From the NCBI GenBank assembly GCA_040005515.1, contig JBDTYQ010000001.1, positions 14,793 through 78,792 on the forward strand: a stretch of 64,000 nt of DNA. Direction: 5' to 3'. Shown here one piece after another: positions 48,680 to 57,507 of the stretch. The position numbers and the translations under genes are program-made. Within the stretch, counting starts at the first letter, position 1. Each line of letters opens with the position of its first letter. A model generated the notes under the pieces. The model had not been told where the DNA came from. It did no database searches and was given only the letters and a program-made list of their open reading frames with translations. Origin of the DNA: a bacterium (lineage in GTDB: Bacteria > Acidobacteriota > Blastocatellia > Pyrinomonadales > Pyrinomonadaceae).

Positions 48680-49723
48680 TTACACAGAGGAAGTTTTGCT
48701 TGTTTTGATCTGCGTCTTATCTGTGAAATCCGCGGCTGAGATTTTGCAGTTCCGCGCGACCTGAGCACCAACCTCATCTGGCCTCAGACTCGAAGCGCCA
48801 ATGACGCCGCTCGGATTGAGAAACTTCACAGCAGATGTCATCTCCGAATTATCCAAGCTCCAGTCACCCTGGCCGCTGGACTCGATTTCGGTGAGATGCG
48901 TCACGAGCGATGTGAAATCCTGTCGCGCGATACGCGGTCGCACGACGGTTTCTGCCCACGAATAATACGGATAATCGATGCGGTAGCTCCAGCCCCGCTT
49001 GCTTGGAGTAGTCACAATGAAGAGCCGGCCGTGCGCGTAGCGCGAGATCGCCGTGAAAGGCGCGGCGTGTTTCGTCGGATTGAAGCCTGTAGGACTGAAA
49101 ACTTCCGGAGCTAGAATCACGAGCGAAACGTTCACGTCTTTTAGTTCTTCAACAGTTGATGTGCCGCGCTCAAAACTATCGACAGCAATCGCAATCTGCT
49201 CCCAGCCCTCTCGCCACAGATGCTCGTACTCATCGACGCGCGTCAGCAGTCGTTCAACCTCCGGCAGCACAAGGTCGTATGCCTTTGCCTCATCGGACAC
49301 CGCGGCGCCGTTGAGGTAGCCAGCAAGGGGCGATCCCGAATCGTTATTATCCGATCCCTGGATTGCGATGCTCGCGCGGACGCCGTTCTCAGTCGATAGC
49401 TCCGAAAAGTCGCCGGCTTCCGCGGCCGCTATCAATGACTCGCGAAGTTTATTTGCCCGATCACCGTTGAGCACCGTCCAAACTGAAAGCACGCCGTCGG
49501 TATCGAAGTGATTGTTTGTAACGAGTTCAATGCCGCGCGTCAGTTTGTCTCTGTTTGGTGACGCTACAAGTTTCAGAGCGATCTCAGTCGACGTATCTGC
49601 TTTAACCTGCGCCGGGGTTTGATTTCCTTCCCAATGCGAAAAGTGAACGCTGTTGGGAACAGTGCCATCCACTGAGAGTTTGGGGACGCTATCGAGGCCT
49701 GCGTGGTAGTACTCGAATCTCAT
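48680..49723 (-). CDS. Hypothetical protein (about 347 aa) with an HFDTDG motif
   Basis: Long ORF at the head of the co-directional cluster. NNHFDTDGVLSVW resembles the DxD metal-binding motif I of DHH/RecJ-type phosphoesterases, but no DHH motif is visible. The ATG at 49723 is preferred. Confidence 0.6.
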   Translation of the reverse strand: MRFEYYHAGLDSVPKLSVDGTVPNSVHFSHWEGNQTPAQVKADTSTEIALKLVASPNRDKLTRGIELVTNNHFDTDGVLSVWTVLNGDRANKLRESLIAAAEAGDFSELSTENGVRASIAIQGSDNNDSGSPLAGYLNGAAVSDEAKAYDLVLPEVERLLTRVDEYEHLWREGWEQIAIAVDSFERGTSTVEELKDVNVSLVILAPEVFSPTGFNPTKHAAPFTAISRYAHGRLFIVTTPSKRGWSYRIDYPYYSWAETVVRPRIARQDFTSLVTHLTEIESSGQGDWSLDNSEMTSAVKFLNPSGVIGASSLRPDEVGAQVARNCKISAADFTDKTQIKTSKTSSV

Positions 49724-49865
49724 AAAAATCCTTTGGCGAATGCGATTGATGTTCAGTGACGCAAGCAAAAGTTTAGCGTATCAGAACCGGGATCGGTAGC
49801 ATGCGACTTAGCGACCGACCATCGACGCCAGGGCTTGGGGCCGTGACGTCACCTCAAAACTGAAA

Positions 49866-49896
49866 AGGGATGATCGAAGCAAGTTCGATCATCCCT
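49866..49896 (-). terminator. Rho-independent terminator of the RGD-repeat gene
   Basis: Perfect 13-bp stem AGGGATGATCGAA / TTCGATCATCCCT with a 5-nt loop. On the minus strand it is followed by TTTTCAGTTTT. Lies 45 nt past the stop codon. Confidence 0.75.
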
Positions 49897-49940
49897 GATT
49901 GCTTAACGGTAATCCTAAGGATCAGACCGCTGCACCGAGT

Positions 49941-50342
49941 CTAGTTTCTGGCGTCGCGCCGATCCCCACGGAAGTCGCGTACGTCGCCGCGTAGATCCCG
50001 TCGATCCCCACGCAACTCACGACGATCTCCGCGAACTTCGCGTTGGTCTCCACGGATCTCGCGTCGATCTGCAAGCAGTTCCTGCCTTGATGCTCCTTCA
50101 CGTCGATCGTCTCGATACTCGCGCACGTCCGATCGAGTTTCGTGACGGTCCTGTCTAGTCTCGCGCCCATCTCCGCGAATCTCTCTGCGGTCCCCGCGGA
50201 TCTCCCGCCTGTCTGAACGCAACTCCTGGCACTGTCCAGGTCCGAACTGACAGCGGGCTCGGCCTTGCGCCGAAGCAGTCGTCGAGATTCCGGTGATTAA
50301 AACGGCGGCGGCAAATAAAGTTCGTAAGAGTGTGATTCTCAT
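49941..50342 (-). CDS. Secreted highly charged heptad-repeat protein (R-G-D-R-R-E-x repeats)
   Basis: SD GGAGGAG 8 nt before the ATG. Signal peptide ending TTASAQ and a Cys pair CQFGPGQC. About 13 imperfect 7-aa (21-nt) repeats follow, e.g. DRREIRG DRREIRG DGRETRQ ... DQREVRG DRRELRG DRRDLRG DVRDFRG DRRDARN. The gene has its own terminator. Confidence 0.7.
   Translation of the reverse strand: MRITLLRTLFAAAVLITGISTTASAQGRARCQFGPGQCQELRSDRREIRGDRREIRGDGRETRQDRHETRSDVREYRDDRREGASRQELLADRREIRGDQREVRGDRRELRGDRRDLRGDVRDFRGDRRDARN
49944..50219 (-). repeat. In-frame 21-nt tandem repeat region encoding the heptad repeats
   Basis: The protein-level periodicity of 7 residues runs continuously from about aa 42 to the C-terminus. 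Confidence 0.7.
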
Positions 50343-50643
50343 GTTTAGGTCTCCTCCATAGTGTTAGCTTCTCGACTCTTTTGAATGCAAACCCGGTCGA
50401 GTCGTCCCAGATTTGCCGGCGAAGTATTGGAGGAGAGACAGACTCCGACCTTGAGAGATCGCGAAGACCTCCCCGGTTGAGCAAAGTTGAGTTGCGATCG
50501 GTTAACCCCTTGCCACTCTGTTAGACGCGGCAAGTTTCCTGATGGGCGAGATTTCTGAGGCAGGTAGTAGTGGCAGAGTCAGATTGTTTGATCTAAATCG
50601 ACTTGCTGAGCGATCGCTGTGTGAGGAATTGTGACGCGCACGC

Positions 50644-50988
50644 TTAGTACTTCGGCACACTCGGATCGACTTCGTTGGACCAGGCCGTGATCCCTCCCTT
50701 CAGGTTTGTGAGGTTCCCGGTAAAACCAGAACGCTGCAAAGCCTCAATCGCTCGTGCGCTGCGTCCGCCCATCTTGCAATGCACCACCGTTTCGCGACTG
50801 GGATCGATTTCGCTCATGCGGTTAATCACCTGACCTAACGGAATGTGTTTGGTGTTCGGGATTGTAGCGATCGCGACTTCATCGGCTTCCCGGACGTCGA
50901 TGATTTGGATCTCCTCCCCGTTATCAAGCCGTTGCTTAAGTTCAGTTGCGGTGATTTCCGGCATCTGCTGTTGTGTGGTTGCGTTCAT
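50644..50988 (-). CDS. Single-domain rhodanese-like sulfurtransferase
   Basis: About 114 aa. IIDVRE..E, the active-site loop HCKMGGRS, and the C-terminal GGI.AW pattern. Confidence 0.85.
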   Translation of the reverse strand: MNATTQQQMPEITATELKQRLDNGEEIQIIDVREADEVAIATIPNTKHIPLGQVINRMSEIDPSRETVVHCKMGGRSARAIEALQRSGFTGNLTNLKGGITAWSNEVDPSVPKY

Positions 50989-51052
50989 CGTGTCTCCGTC
51001 GGCTAAAAGTTGGGAGTGCTTGATCGAAGAAGTATGGGAGCTGTGGCATGCG

Positions 51053-51394
51053 CTATTTGTTGATCCCCTCCAGTTTGATGAACTGACTTAGCTTGGTGAT
51101 TACCATCCCTTCAATGACTTCAGCGCGGCAGGAGAGGATTGGTCGATCGTTCTCTTCCGCCTGATCCGCGCTGTGATACCAGATCTGACAATTGGTGCAT
51201 TCACCGTTCCAGCAAAAGTCGCCGTAGGAAATTGTGTTGATTGACAGGTATTGAAAGCAGCGTAAGAGGCGGTTCTTTTCCGGTACCTGCACCTGCGATC
51301 CTAAAATATCAACGGTGACCAGTTTCTCGTACGGGTCAAGCAAGTCGCTTCCGTTGGGTGTGGTGGTAGTCGTTTTTAGGCTGCGGTCCTCCAT
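51053..51394 (-). CDS. Possible [2Fe-2S]-binding small protein
   Basis: Cys pattern C-x4-C-x2-C-x19-C (FCWNGECTNCQIW ... ILSCRA), reminiscent of 2Fe-2S ferredoxin-like domains. Co-directional with the rhodanese gene. Confidence 0.45.
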   Translation of the reverse strand: MEDRSLKTTTTTPNGSDLLDPYEKLVTVDILGSQVQVPEKNRLLRCFQYLSINTISYGDFCWNGECTNCQIWYHSADQAEENDRPILSCRAEVIEGMVITKLSQFIKLEGINK

Positions 51395-51441
51395 GATCTG
51401 GGGGGAGTATAACGGTTCTGGTTTGAGAATAATACCTGGAT

Positions 51442-51529
51442 TTCTGAGGACCGCGGGGCGTCAAGGTAACGATGAAAGCGGAGGCAGTAAACGCCTTAAC
51501 GTGGAAGTGTGGATTTCTGGTCCTCAGAA
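51442..51529. other. Long-range inverted repeat / candidate structured element
   Basis: Perfect 11-bp arms TTCTGAGGACC (51442-51452) and GGTCCTCAGAA (51519-51529) enclose 66 nt that contains an inner GGCGT/ACGCC stem. Each arm is preceded by the direct repeat GGATTTCTG. Confidence 0.45.
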
Positions 51530-51674
51530 CGGTATCCAGCATTTCAGCGTCGTCCCCCAATTAATCATTCATCATTCCGACTCATCATTGTCTATCCCGG
51601 TAAATACATCGTCGCCACTTCGCATCTTCGCCAGGACATTGCTAAACTGGATGCCTACACGGAGGTAATTTCAA

Positions 51675-51896
51675 TTGGCCCTAGTCATATACACCAAGCC
51701 CGACTGTCCTTACTGTCAACAGGCCCGCGATCATTACAACGCAAAGGGAATCTCGTTTACTGATTTCGACGCGCAAAATGATCGTAAGCGACGCAAAGAG
51801 ATGCTGGCCTATTCAGCAGGGGATCCGACTGTCCCTTGCTTGGTCGAAGACGGCAAGTACATCGGATCAGGCTGGGGCGAACCTCCGCGTGGTTGA
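51675..51896 (+). CDS. Glutaredoxin-family small thiol-disulfide protein
   Basis: TTG start with GGAGG upstream. IYTKPDCPYCQQA active site (CPYC), and TVP and GG-type motifs downstream (DPTVPCLV..G.YIGSGWG). Confidence 0.75.
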   Translation: MALVIYTKPDCPYCQQARDHYNAKGISFTDFDAQNDRKRRKEMLAYSAGDPTVPCLVEDGKYIGSGWGEPPRG

Positions 51897-52046
51897 ACCG
51901 TGCACGACTGACCGGCCGTGTGCTGGTTGAGAAACACAAATATCCTGAATGCGTTGGTCTCATTGCTCCGACCGGTGAAGTGACCACTCTGCTGTATCCG
52001 TCCCCGATGTTCGTAAACCAGGATCTCCTGACAAAGAAGGACCGAC

Positions 52047-54185
52047 ATGAGAAACAAATCGCTGCCCCTGCTGTTACTCGTCTCGTTAATTTTAGTTTTT
52101 ACCGTTAACCGCGCGGCGCTGGCCCAGGCTTATGGAGCAGGAACCGCCCCACTAAAACCACCCATGGCAGAGAAGAAAACGAAAACCACAAAGATACATG
52201 GCGACACCATGGTCGATGATTATTTCTGGCTGCGCGAAAAATCGAATCCCCAGGTGTTGTCTCACCTCGAGGCCGAGAATGCGTACACCGAAGCGGCCAT
52301 GAAACCGACCGCAGCATTGCAGGATCGTCTCTATAAAGAAATGGTCGGGCACATCAAAGAGACTGATCAGTCTGTGCCTTATCGCTGGGGAAATTTTTTC
52401 TACTACACGCGCACGGAACAGGGTAAACAGTATCCGACTTATTGCCGCAAGCTGGGCACACTGGATGCTAAAGAGGAAGTAGTGCTCGATCAGAACGAAC
52501 TGGCGAAAGGACTAAAATACTTTGCCATCGGGGCGTTCGTAGTAAGTGATGACGGTAATCTGCTCGCCTACTCAACTGATGCCACTGGCTATCGCCAGTA
52601 CAAATTACAGATTAAGGATTTGCGCACAGGTCAGTTGCTGCCCGAGAGTTTTGAACGTGCTGGCTCCGTGCTCTGGGCCACCGACAACAAGACGCTCTTC
52701 TTTACAACGGAAGACGCGGTAACGAAACGTTCGGACAAGTTCTTCCGGCACGTGCTCGGAAACGACAAAGCCAATCTTGTCCTCGAAGAAAAAGACGAAC
52801 TGTTTGACCTGGGTGCCGGCCGATCGCGCGACAAAGCGATGATCTTGATTGGCTCGTATAGCAAAACCTCAAACGAGTTCCGTTATATCCCTGCTGATCA
52901 GCCTTTGGCTGAGACGAAGATCGTCCTCCCGCGGGAAGCTGACCACGAATACGACGTCGACCACCACGGTAATTTGTTCTACATCAGGACCAACAAAGGG
53001 GCGAAAAACTTCCGTGTAGTTACGGCGCCCGTGTCTGATCCTTCAGAGAAAAACTGGAAAGAGTTCATCCCGCACCAGCCCGCAGTGAAGGTTGAAGATC
53101 TCAGTTTCTTTGCCAATCACGTCGTTGTTTCTGAGTGGGAAGGCGGCCTGCAAAAACTGCGAGTCATCAATCTCAAAACCAGGAAGTCGCATCGGATTCA
53201 GTTTCCCGAACCGGTTTATGCAGCCAGTGTCGATGTGAACCGCGAGTTCAACACCAGTGTGGTTCGTTATCGGTACCAGTCATTAGCGACGCCAAGCTCG
53301 GTTCTTGATTACGACATGAATACCCACCAGGCGACGCTGCTGAAAGAGACGGAAGTGCCTGGAGGATTTGATAAGAAGAACTACGTTTCCGAGCGACTCT
53401 TCGCAACTGCGGCTGACGGCACGAAGATCCCGATGTCGGTTGTCTACCGGCGTGATACTAAAATCGACGGCAAGGCGCCACTCCTGCTTTATGGGTATGG
53501 CTCCTACGGTGTTTCGATTCCACCAACGTTCTCCTCGAATCGTCTGGCGTTGCTGGACCGCGGTGTGATCTATGTGATTGCGCACATCCGCGGTGGCGGC
53601 GAGATGGGCGAAGAGTGGCGCCAGGCAGGCAGGATGATGAACAAGATGAATACGTTCACCGACTTCATCGCTGCAGCCGAGCACCTCGTGAAGAACAAGT
53701 ACACCTCGAGCGATCGTCTTGTGATCCAGGGTGGCAGCGCCGGCGGTTTGCTAATGGGCGCCGTCACCAACATGCGCCCCGATCTATTCAAGGCAGTCGT
53801 GTCTCAGGTGCCATTCGTCGACGTGCTTAACACGATGCTGGATGCCACGTTGCCGCTCACGACAAGCGAGTACATCGAGTGGGGCAATCCCAACGAGAAG
53901 CTCGCGTACGATTACATGAAGAAGTACTCGCCTTATGACAACGTCGCGCGCGCCAATTATCCGGCGATGCTTGTGAAGGTTTCACTCAACGATAGCCAGG
54001 TGCCGTATTGGGAAGGCACCAAGCTTGTGGCGAGGTTGAGAACGATGAAGACGGACAAAAATCCGCTGTTGCTAAAGGTAAACATGGGCGCGGGCCATGG
54101 CGGCTCTTCAGGCCGTTACGACTATCTCCATGAGGTGGCGTTCGACTACGCATTTATGCTTTGGCAGATGGGCATCGCTGACTGA
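52047..54185 (+). CDS. ptrB: Oligopeptidase B (S9A prolyl-oligopeptidase family, protease II)
   Basis: Signal-like N-terminus, HGDTMVDDYFWLREK ... AENAYT N-terminal signature, and a beta-propeller region. Catalytic GGSAGGLL (Ser), D and GAGHGG (His) contexts. Confidence 0.88.
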   Translation: MRNKSLPLLLLVSLILVFTVNRAALAQAYGAGTAPLKPPMAEKKTKTTKIHGDTMVDDYFWLREKSNPQVLSHLEAENAYTEAAMKPTAALQDRLYKEMVGHIKETDQSVPYRWGNFFYYTRTEQGKQYPTYCRKLGTLDAKEEVVLDQNELAKGLKYFAIGAFVVSDDGNLLAYSTDATGYRQYKLQIKDLRTGQLLPESFERAGSVLWATDNKTLFFTTEDAVTKRSDKFFRHVLGNDKANLVLEEKDELFDLGAGRSRDKAMILIGSYSKTSNEFRYIPADQPLAETKIVLPREADHEYDVDHHGNLFYIRTNKGAKNFRVVTAPVSDPSEKNWKEFIPHQPAVKVEDLSFFANHVVVSEWEGGLQKLRVINLKTRKSHRIQFPEPVYAASVDVNREFNTSVVRYRYQSLATPSSVLDYDMNTHQATLLKETEVPGGFDKKNYVSERLFATAADGTKIPMSVVYRRDTKIDGKAPLLLYGYGSYGVSIPPTFSSNRLALLDRGVIYVIAHIRGGGEMGEEWRQAGRMMNKMNTFTDFIAAAEHLVKNKYTSSDRLVIQGGSAGGLLMGAVTNMRPDLFKAVVSQVPFVDVLNTMLDATLPLTTSEYIEWGNPNEKLAYDYMKKYSPYDNVARANYPAMLVKVSLNDSQVPYWEGTKLVARLRTMKTDKNPLLLKVNMGAGHGGSSGRYDYLHEVAFDYAFMLWQMGIAD

Positions 54186-54215
54186 CAGGCAACCTTATCA
54201 AGGATGGTTTGAATC

Positions 54216-54245
54216 AGGGCGGTCTGGTAGGGCCGCCCTTTCTTA
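54216..54245 (+). terminator. Probable rho-independent terminator after ptrB
   Basis: AGGGCGG / CCGCCCT 7-bp GC-rich stem followed by TTCTT. Confidence 0.5.
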
Positions 54246-54322
54246 CTGGGGCGTTCGCGCGAAAAGCAGGGAGGCGTCAGCGGACGCTCTATCAATCTGA
54301 AGGGTGGGTTCCCTTGACGTAC

Positions 54323-54769
54323 TCATTTCTCATTCAAACGAAAAGTGCGCTCGATAACTTCCAGAAGATCCCCAGGCGCGCCCGGTTTGGTCATCTTTTG
54401 CCTCACAAGTTCTTTCTGCTGGGGAGTAAGGACGTTCACAGAGTCTCGGATCGACTGGCCCTTGATCGTTAATAGCTCTCCGGCAGTTGCGTGCATTCTG
54501 CGACTTAGTACCTGGCGAAGTCTTTCATCGGGCTTGTCAGCCAGCATGTTCTGATAGACGCGCTTCACCGTCGCGGCTAGACGCAACGTCAACGGCCTCG
54601 CCTTCCTGGCTGCCGCAGTCTGGATCGATTTGATCTGTTGTTTTTGAGAGTCACTCAGTGACGCTGCCGGATTCGGCTTATTGATGTCGCTCGAGGTTTG
54701 CGCAAGAGCAGTGGACGCCAGGCCCAGCAAAACTGTGGCTAGGAATACCTGGATAAGTTTCGATGTCAT
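54323..54769 (-). CDS. Periplasmic Spy/CpxP-like (LTxxQ motif) protein
   Basis: Signal peptide. Helical, Gln/Lys-rich, with LTxxQ-type motifs (LSDSQKQQI, LTPQQKELV). Confidence 0.6.
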   Translation of the reverse strand: MTSKLIQVFLATVLLGLASTALAQTSSDINKPNPAASLSDSQKQQIKSIQTAAARKARPLTLRLAATVKRVYQNMLADKPDERLRQVLSRRMHATAGELLTIKGQSIRDSVNVLTPQQKELVRQKMTKPGAPGDLLEVIERTFRLNEK

Positions 54770-55055
54770 GAACTGTCCTTTGAGATTGGAGAAAAACGTA
54801 AAGGGTTAGAAAGCTAGTCACAGGTCTCGTAGTAAACATTGGCGAATCCTGTGGGTTGAAGTGCGTCCCCGCCCTCCAAAGATCTGAGTGAACGCCGAAA
54901 TTTCAAACTCCGACCGTGGCCGTCTTCGACTATTGAACTACGACTACATAGAAGTTAAGCGTGGTTCCCGATGTTACGGCCGCGGGGTTCTGTAAGTTAC
55001 TCCGGGTTGCGGTACTCTTAGAGTTAGGAGTTAAATAGGCTACGCAATCAAGACA

Positions 55056-57488
55056 ATGGTAGGAACAACTCTAGGGAATTACAAGATTCTCGAAAAGCTC
55101 GGCGCGGGCGGGCAGGGCACCGTCTATAGGGCGGTTGACTCAAAACTGGGCCGCACTATGGTAATTAAAGTTCTGCCTCCGGAACTGACCGCGAAGGAAG
55201 CAAACCTAAGACGCTTTGAACGGGAAGCGCGTCTTGCTTCGTCCCTCGACCATCCAAACATCTGCACCATCTTCGATCTCAACTCAATCAGTGGGGTTCA
55301 CTTCATTGCAATGCAGTTTGTCGAGGGTAGAAATGTACGGCAGCTCGTGAATGGCCGACCGCTTGATCTCGCCAGCGCGCTCTCGATAGTTGTGCAGGTA
55401 ACTGACGCGCTCGCAGCGGCCCATGCACAGGGCATCATCCATCGCGACATCAAAGCGGGCAACGTAATGGTGACCAGCAAGGGCCAGGCGAAAGTCCTGG
55501 ATTTCGGTTTGGCGAAACTCCTGGACGAAGATGCGGCACGTATTTCCGGAATCCATCACACCGAACTTACCGAGGTAGGCGTGCCATATGGCACGGCAAC
55601 CTATGCTGCTCCGGAACAGGCACGTGGCGATCGCGTTGATTCGCGCGCCGATATCTTTTCCACGGGCGTGCTCCTTTACGAAATGTTGACCGGGACCTGG
55701 CCTTTCAAGGGGAAGACTGCTGTGGACGTCAGGCACGCAGTGTTGCACGAAGAACCGATACCACTCGCCACCGCCCGGCCGGATCCGGTTCCGCCTCGCC
55801 TGCAATTAATTTTGGATCGCGCACTGAAAAAGGACCCGCGCGATCGTTATCAGAAGATTACTGAAATGCGCGACGACCTCCGCGCTCTAATTAGCGAACT
55901 TTCCGGAACCTCGATCGAGGAAGGAGCGGCAGTAGCCCCCCGGCATCTAAATTCCGGCAGTCCCATGGCCCGCGCGTTACGCTGGTTCAAAGCTGTCACT
56001 GGCGGTGATGTCGCATCTGGCCCATTGGTCCCGGCCAATACGAGTCAGCCAAGAGAGGCTCATGAGACGCCAGTAACGAGTATCAGCGACAAAGAGCGGA
56101 AGAGCGTCGCGATTCTCCCGTTTAAGAATTTGAGTAACGATGCGGAAACTGCTTTCTATGAGTTCTCGCTGGCCGACGCCGTGATCACCGAACTCGCTCG
56201 CGTGCGTTCACTCATAGTCCGTCCTTCCTCAGCCATCGTTAAGTACCAGGGTAAACAGATCGACCCCGGTGACGCGGGCAGGGAAATGAGTGTCGATGCA
56301 ATCCTGGCTGCTAGTTTTCTACGTGCCGGTGATCGGCTGCGGGTAACGGCCCAACTGCTTGACGTGCGGTCCGGAGACATCCTGTGGAGCGAGACGATTG
56401 ATGCTGACGCGAGCGACATCATCGCCGTACAGGACATCATGGTGCAGAAGATAGTGGAAGGTTTGTGCCTGGAATTGAGTCCGGCGGAAAAGGTCGAGCT
56501 GGCGAAAGGCTCAACAACGGATGCGGCCGCTTCCGAAGAATACCTCCGCGGACGAAACTGCCTGGGTCAATTCATCTATCACACAGTCGACCGCGAACAT
56601 GTCGATTCGGGAATCAAACACTTCCAGGAGGCGCTCAAGATCGATTCAGAGTTCGCGCTCGCGTTCTCCGGATTGGGAAGTTGTTACGTCAATCGTGTGC
56701 TCAAGGGATTGGGTGACGTCGGGGACCACGAAAAGGCGGAGAGCGCGTTCGCCAAAGCGTTGAATCTCGATCCCAAACTGCTCGAGGCCCGCATGCACAT
56801 GGTCCTGATCTACCTGCACCGTGGAGAGAAACCGAAGGCCCGGCTGGAGATTGCGAGTTTGCGCGAAGAGTATCCGAACGATGTAGGGGTACATTTCGTG
56901 CGCGGCATTCTAGCGCGTCTTGACGGTGAGTATGATCGCGCTCTGCGCAGCTTCGATCGCATGGTCCGACTCAATCCGGCGGAGCTGGTCGTCGCCAGCT
57001 ATAATCGCGCGCGGATTCATATGTACCGGCAGGAGTATGAGGAAGCCCTTGCCGAGTTAGACAAAGGCGCTGAGCTCGAGCCTGAACATCCGCTGATTAG
57101 GACGTTTCGCGCGCGCGTGCTCTACTACCGCGGTGAAGTTGATGCCGCAGAGCGCATTCTGCAGCAGGTACTCCAGGAGCATCCGATCGACGGTATTCGT
57201 CCCATTCTGGCGATTTGTCTGAGCGCGCAGGGACGACACACCGAAGCCAGCGAACAATTGACGAAGAAGGTCAGACAGGTCGCGGCTGCTGACCACGACA
57301 TCTCGAACTGGCTGGCGGTTGCTTACCTGCTCCAGGGAAAACAGGTTGAGGCTCTGAACTGGCTGGAGACGGCCATTCGCCTCGGCAATGAAAACGTGCA
57401 GTGGTTTGAGTCAGATCCAAATTGGGCGGACCTACGCGAAGATCCACGCTTCGTAGCGCTGATGGATCGAATCAGGCAGGACGCGTAG
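55056..57488 (+). CDS. Ser/Thr protein kinase with TolB-N-like module and TPR repeats
   Basis: GAGGQGTVY, VIKVL, HRDIKAGN, DFGLA and APEQ kinase motifs. SVAILPFKNLSND module and C-terminal TPR-like repeats. Same architecture as 32386-35034. Confidence 0.85.
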   Translation: MVGTTLGNYKILEKLGAGGQGTVYRAVDSKLGRTMVIKVLPPELTAKEANLRRFEREARLASSLDHPNICTIFDLNSISGVHFIAMQFVEGRNVRQLVNGRPLDLASALSIVVQVTDALAAAHAQGIIHRDIKAGNVMVTSKGQAKVLDFGLAKLLDEDAARISGIHHTELTEVGVPYGTATYAAPEQARGDRVDSRADIFSTGVLLYEMLTGTWPFKGKTAVDVRHAVLHEEPIPLATARPDPVPPRLQLILDRALKKDPRDRYQKITEMRDDLRALISELSGTSIEEGAAVAPRHLNSGSPMARALRWFKAVTGGDVASGPLVPANTSQPREAHETPVTSISDKERKSVAILPFKNLSNDAETAFYEFSLADAVITELARVRSLIVRPSSAIVKYQGKQIDPGDAGREMSVDAILAASFLRAGDRLRVTAQLLDVRSGDILWSETIDADASDIIAVQDIMVQKIVEGLCLELSPAEKVELAKGSTTDAAASEEYLRGRNCLGQFIYHTVDREHVDSGIKHFQEALKIDSEFALAFSGLGSCYVNRVLKGLGDVGDHEKAESAFAKALNLDPKLLEARMHMVLIYLHRGEKPKARLEIASLREEYPNDVGVHFVRGILARLDGEYDRALRSFDRMVRLNPAELVVASYNRARIHMYRQEYEEALAELDKGAELEPEHPLIRTFRARVLYYRGEVDAAERILQQVLQEHPIDGIRPILAICLSAQGRHTEASEQLTKKVRQVAAADHDISNWLAVAYLLQGKQVEALNWLETAIRLGNENVQWFESDPNWADLREDPRFVALMDRIRQDA

Positions 57489-57507
57489 AACGAGAGAGCC
57501 AGACAGC

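Noticed and set aside
49941-50342. Reading the seven RGD tripeptides as integrin-binding adhesion motifs.
   Set aside because: RGD arises automatically from the Arg/Gly/Asp-rich heptad, and nothing else points to eukaryotic host interaction. I report it as a repeat protein only.
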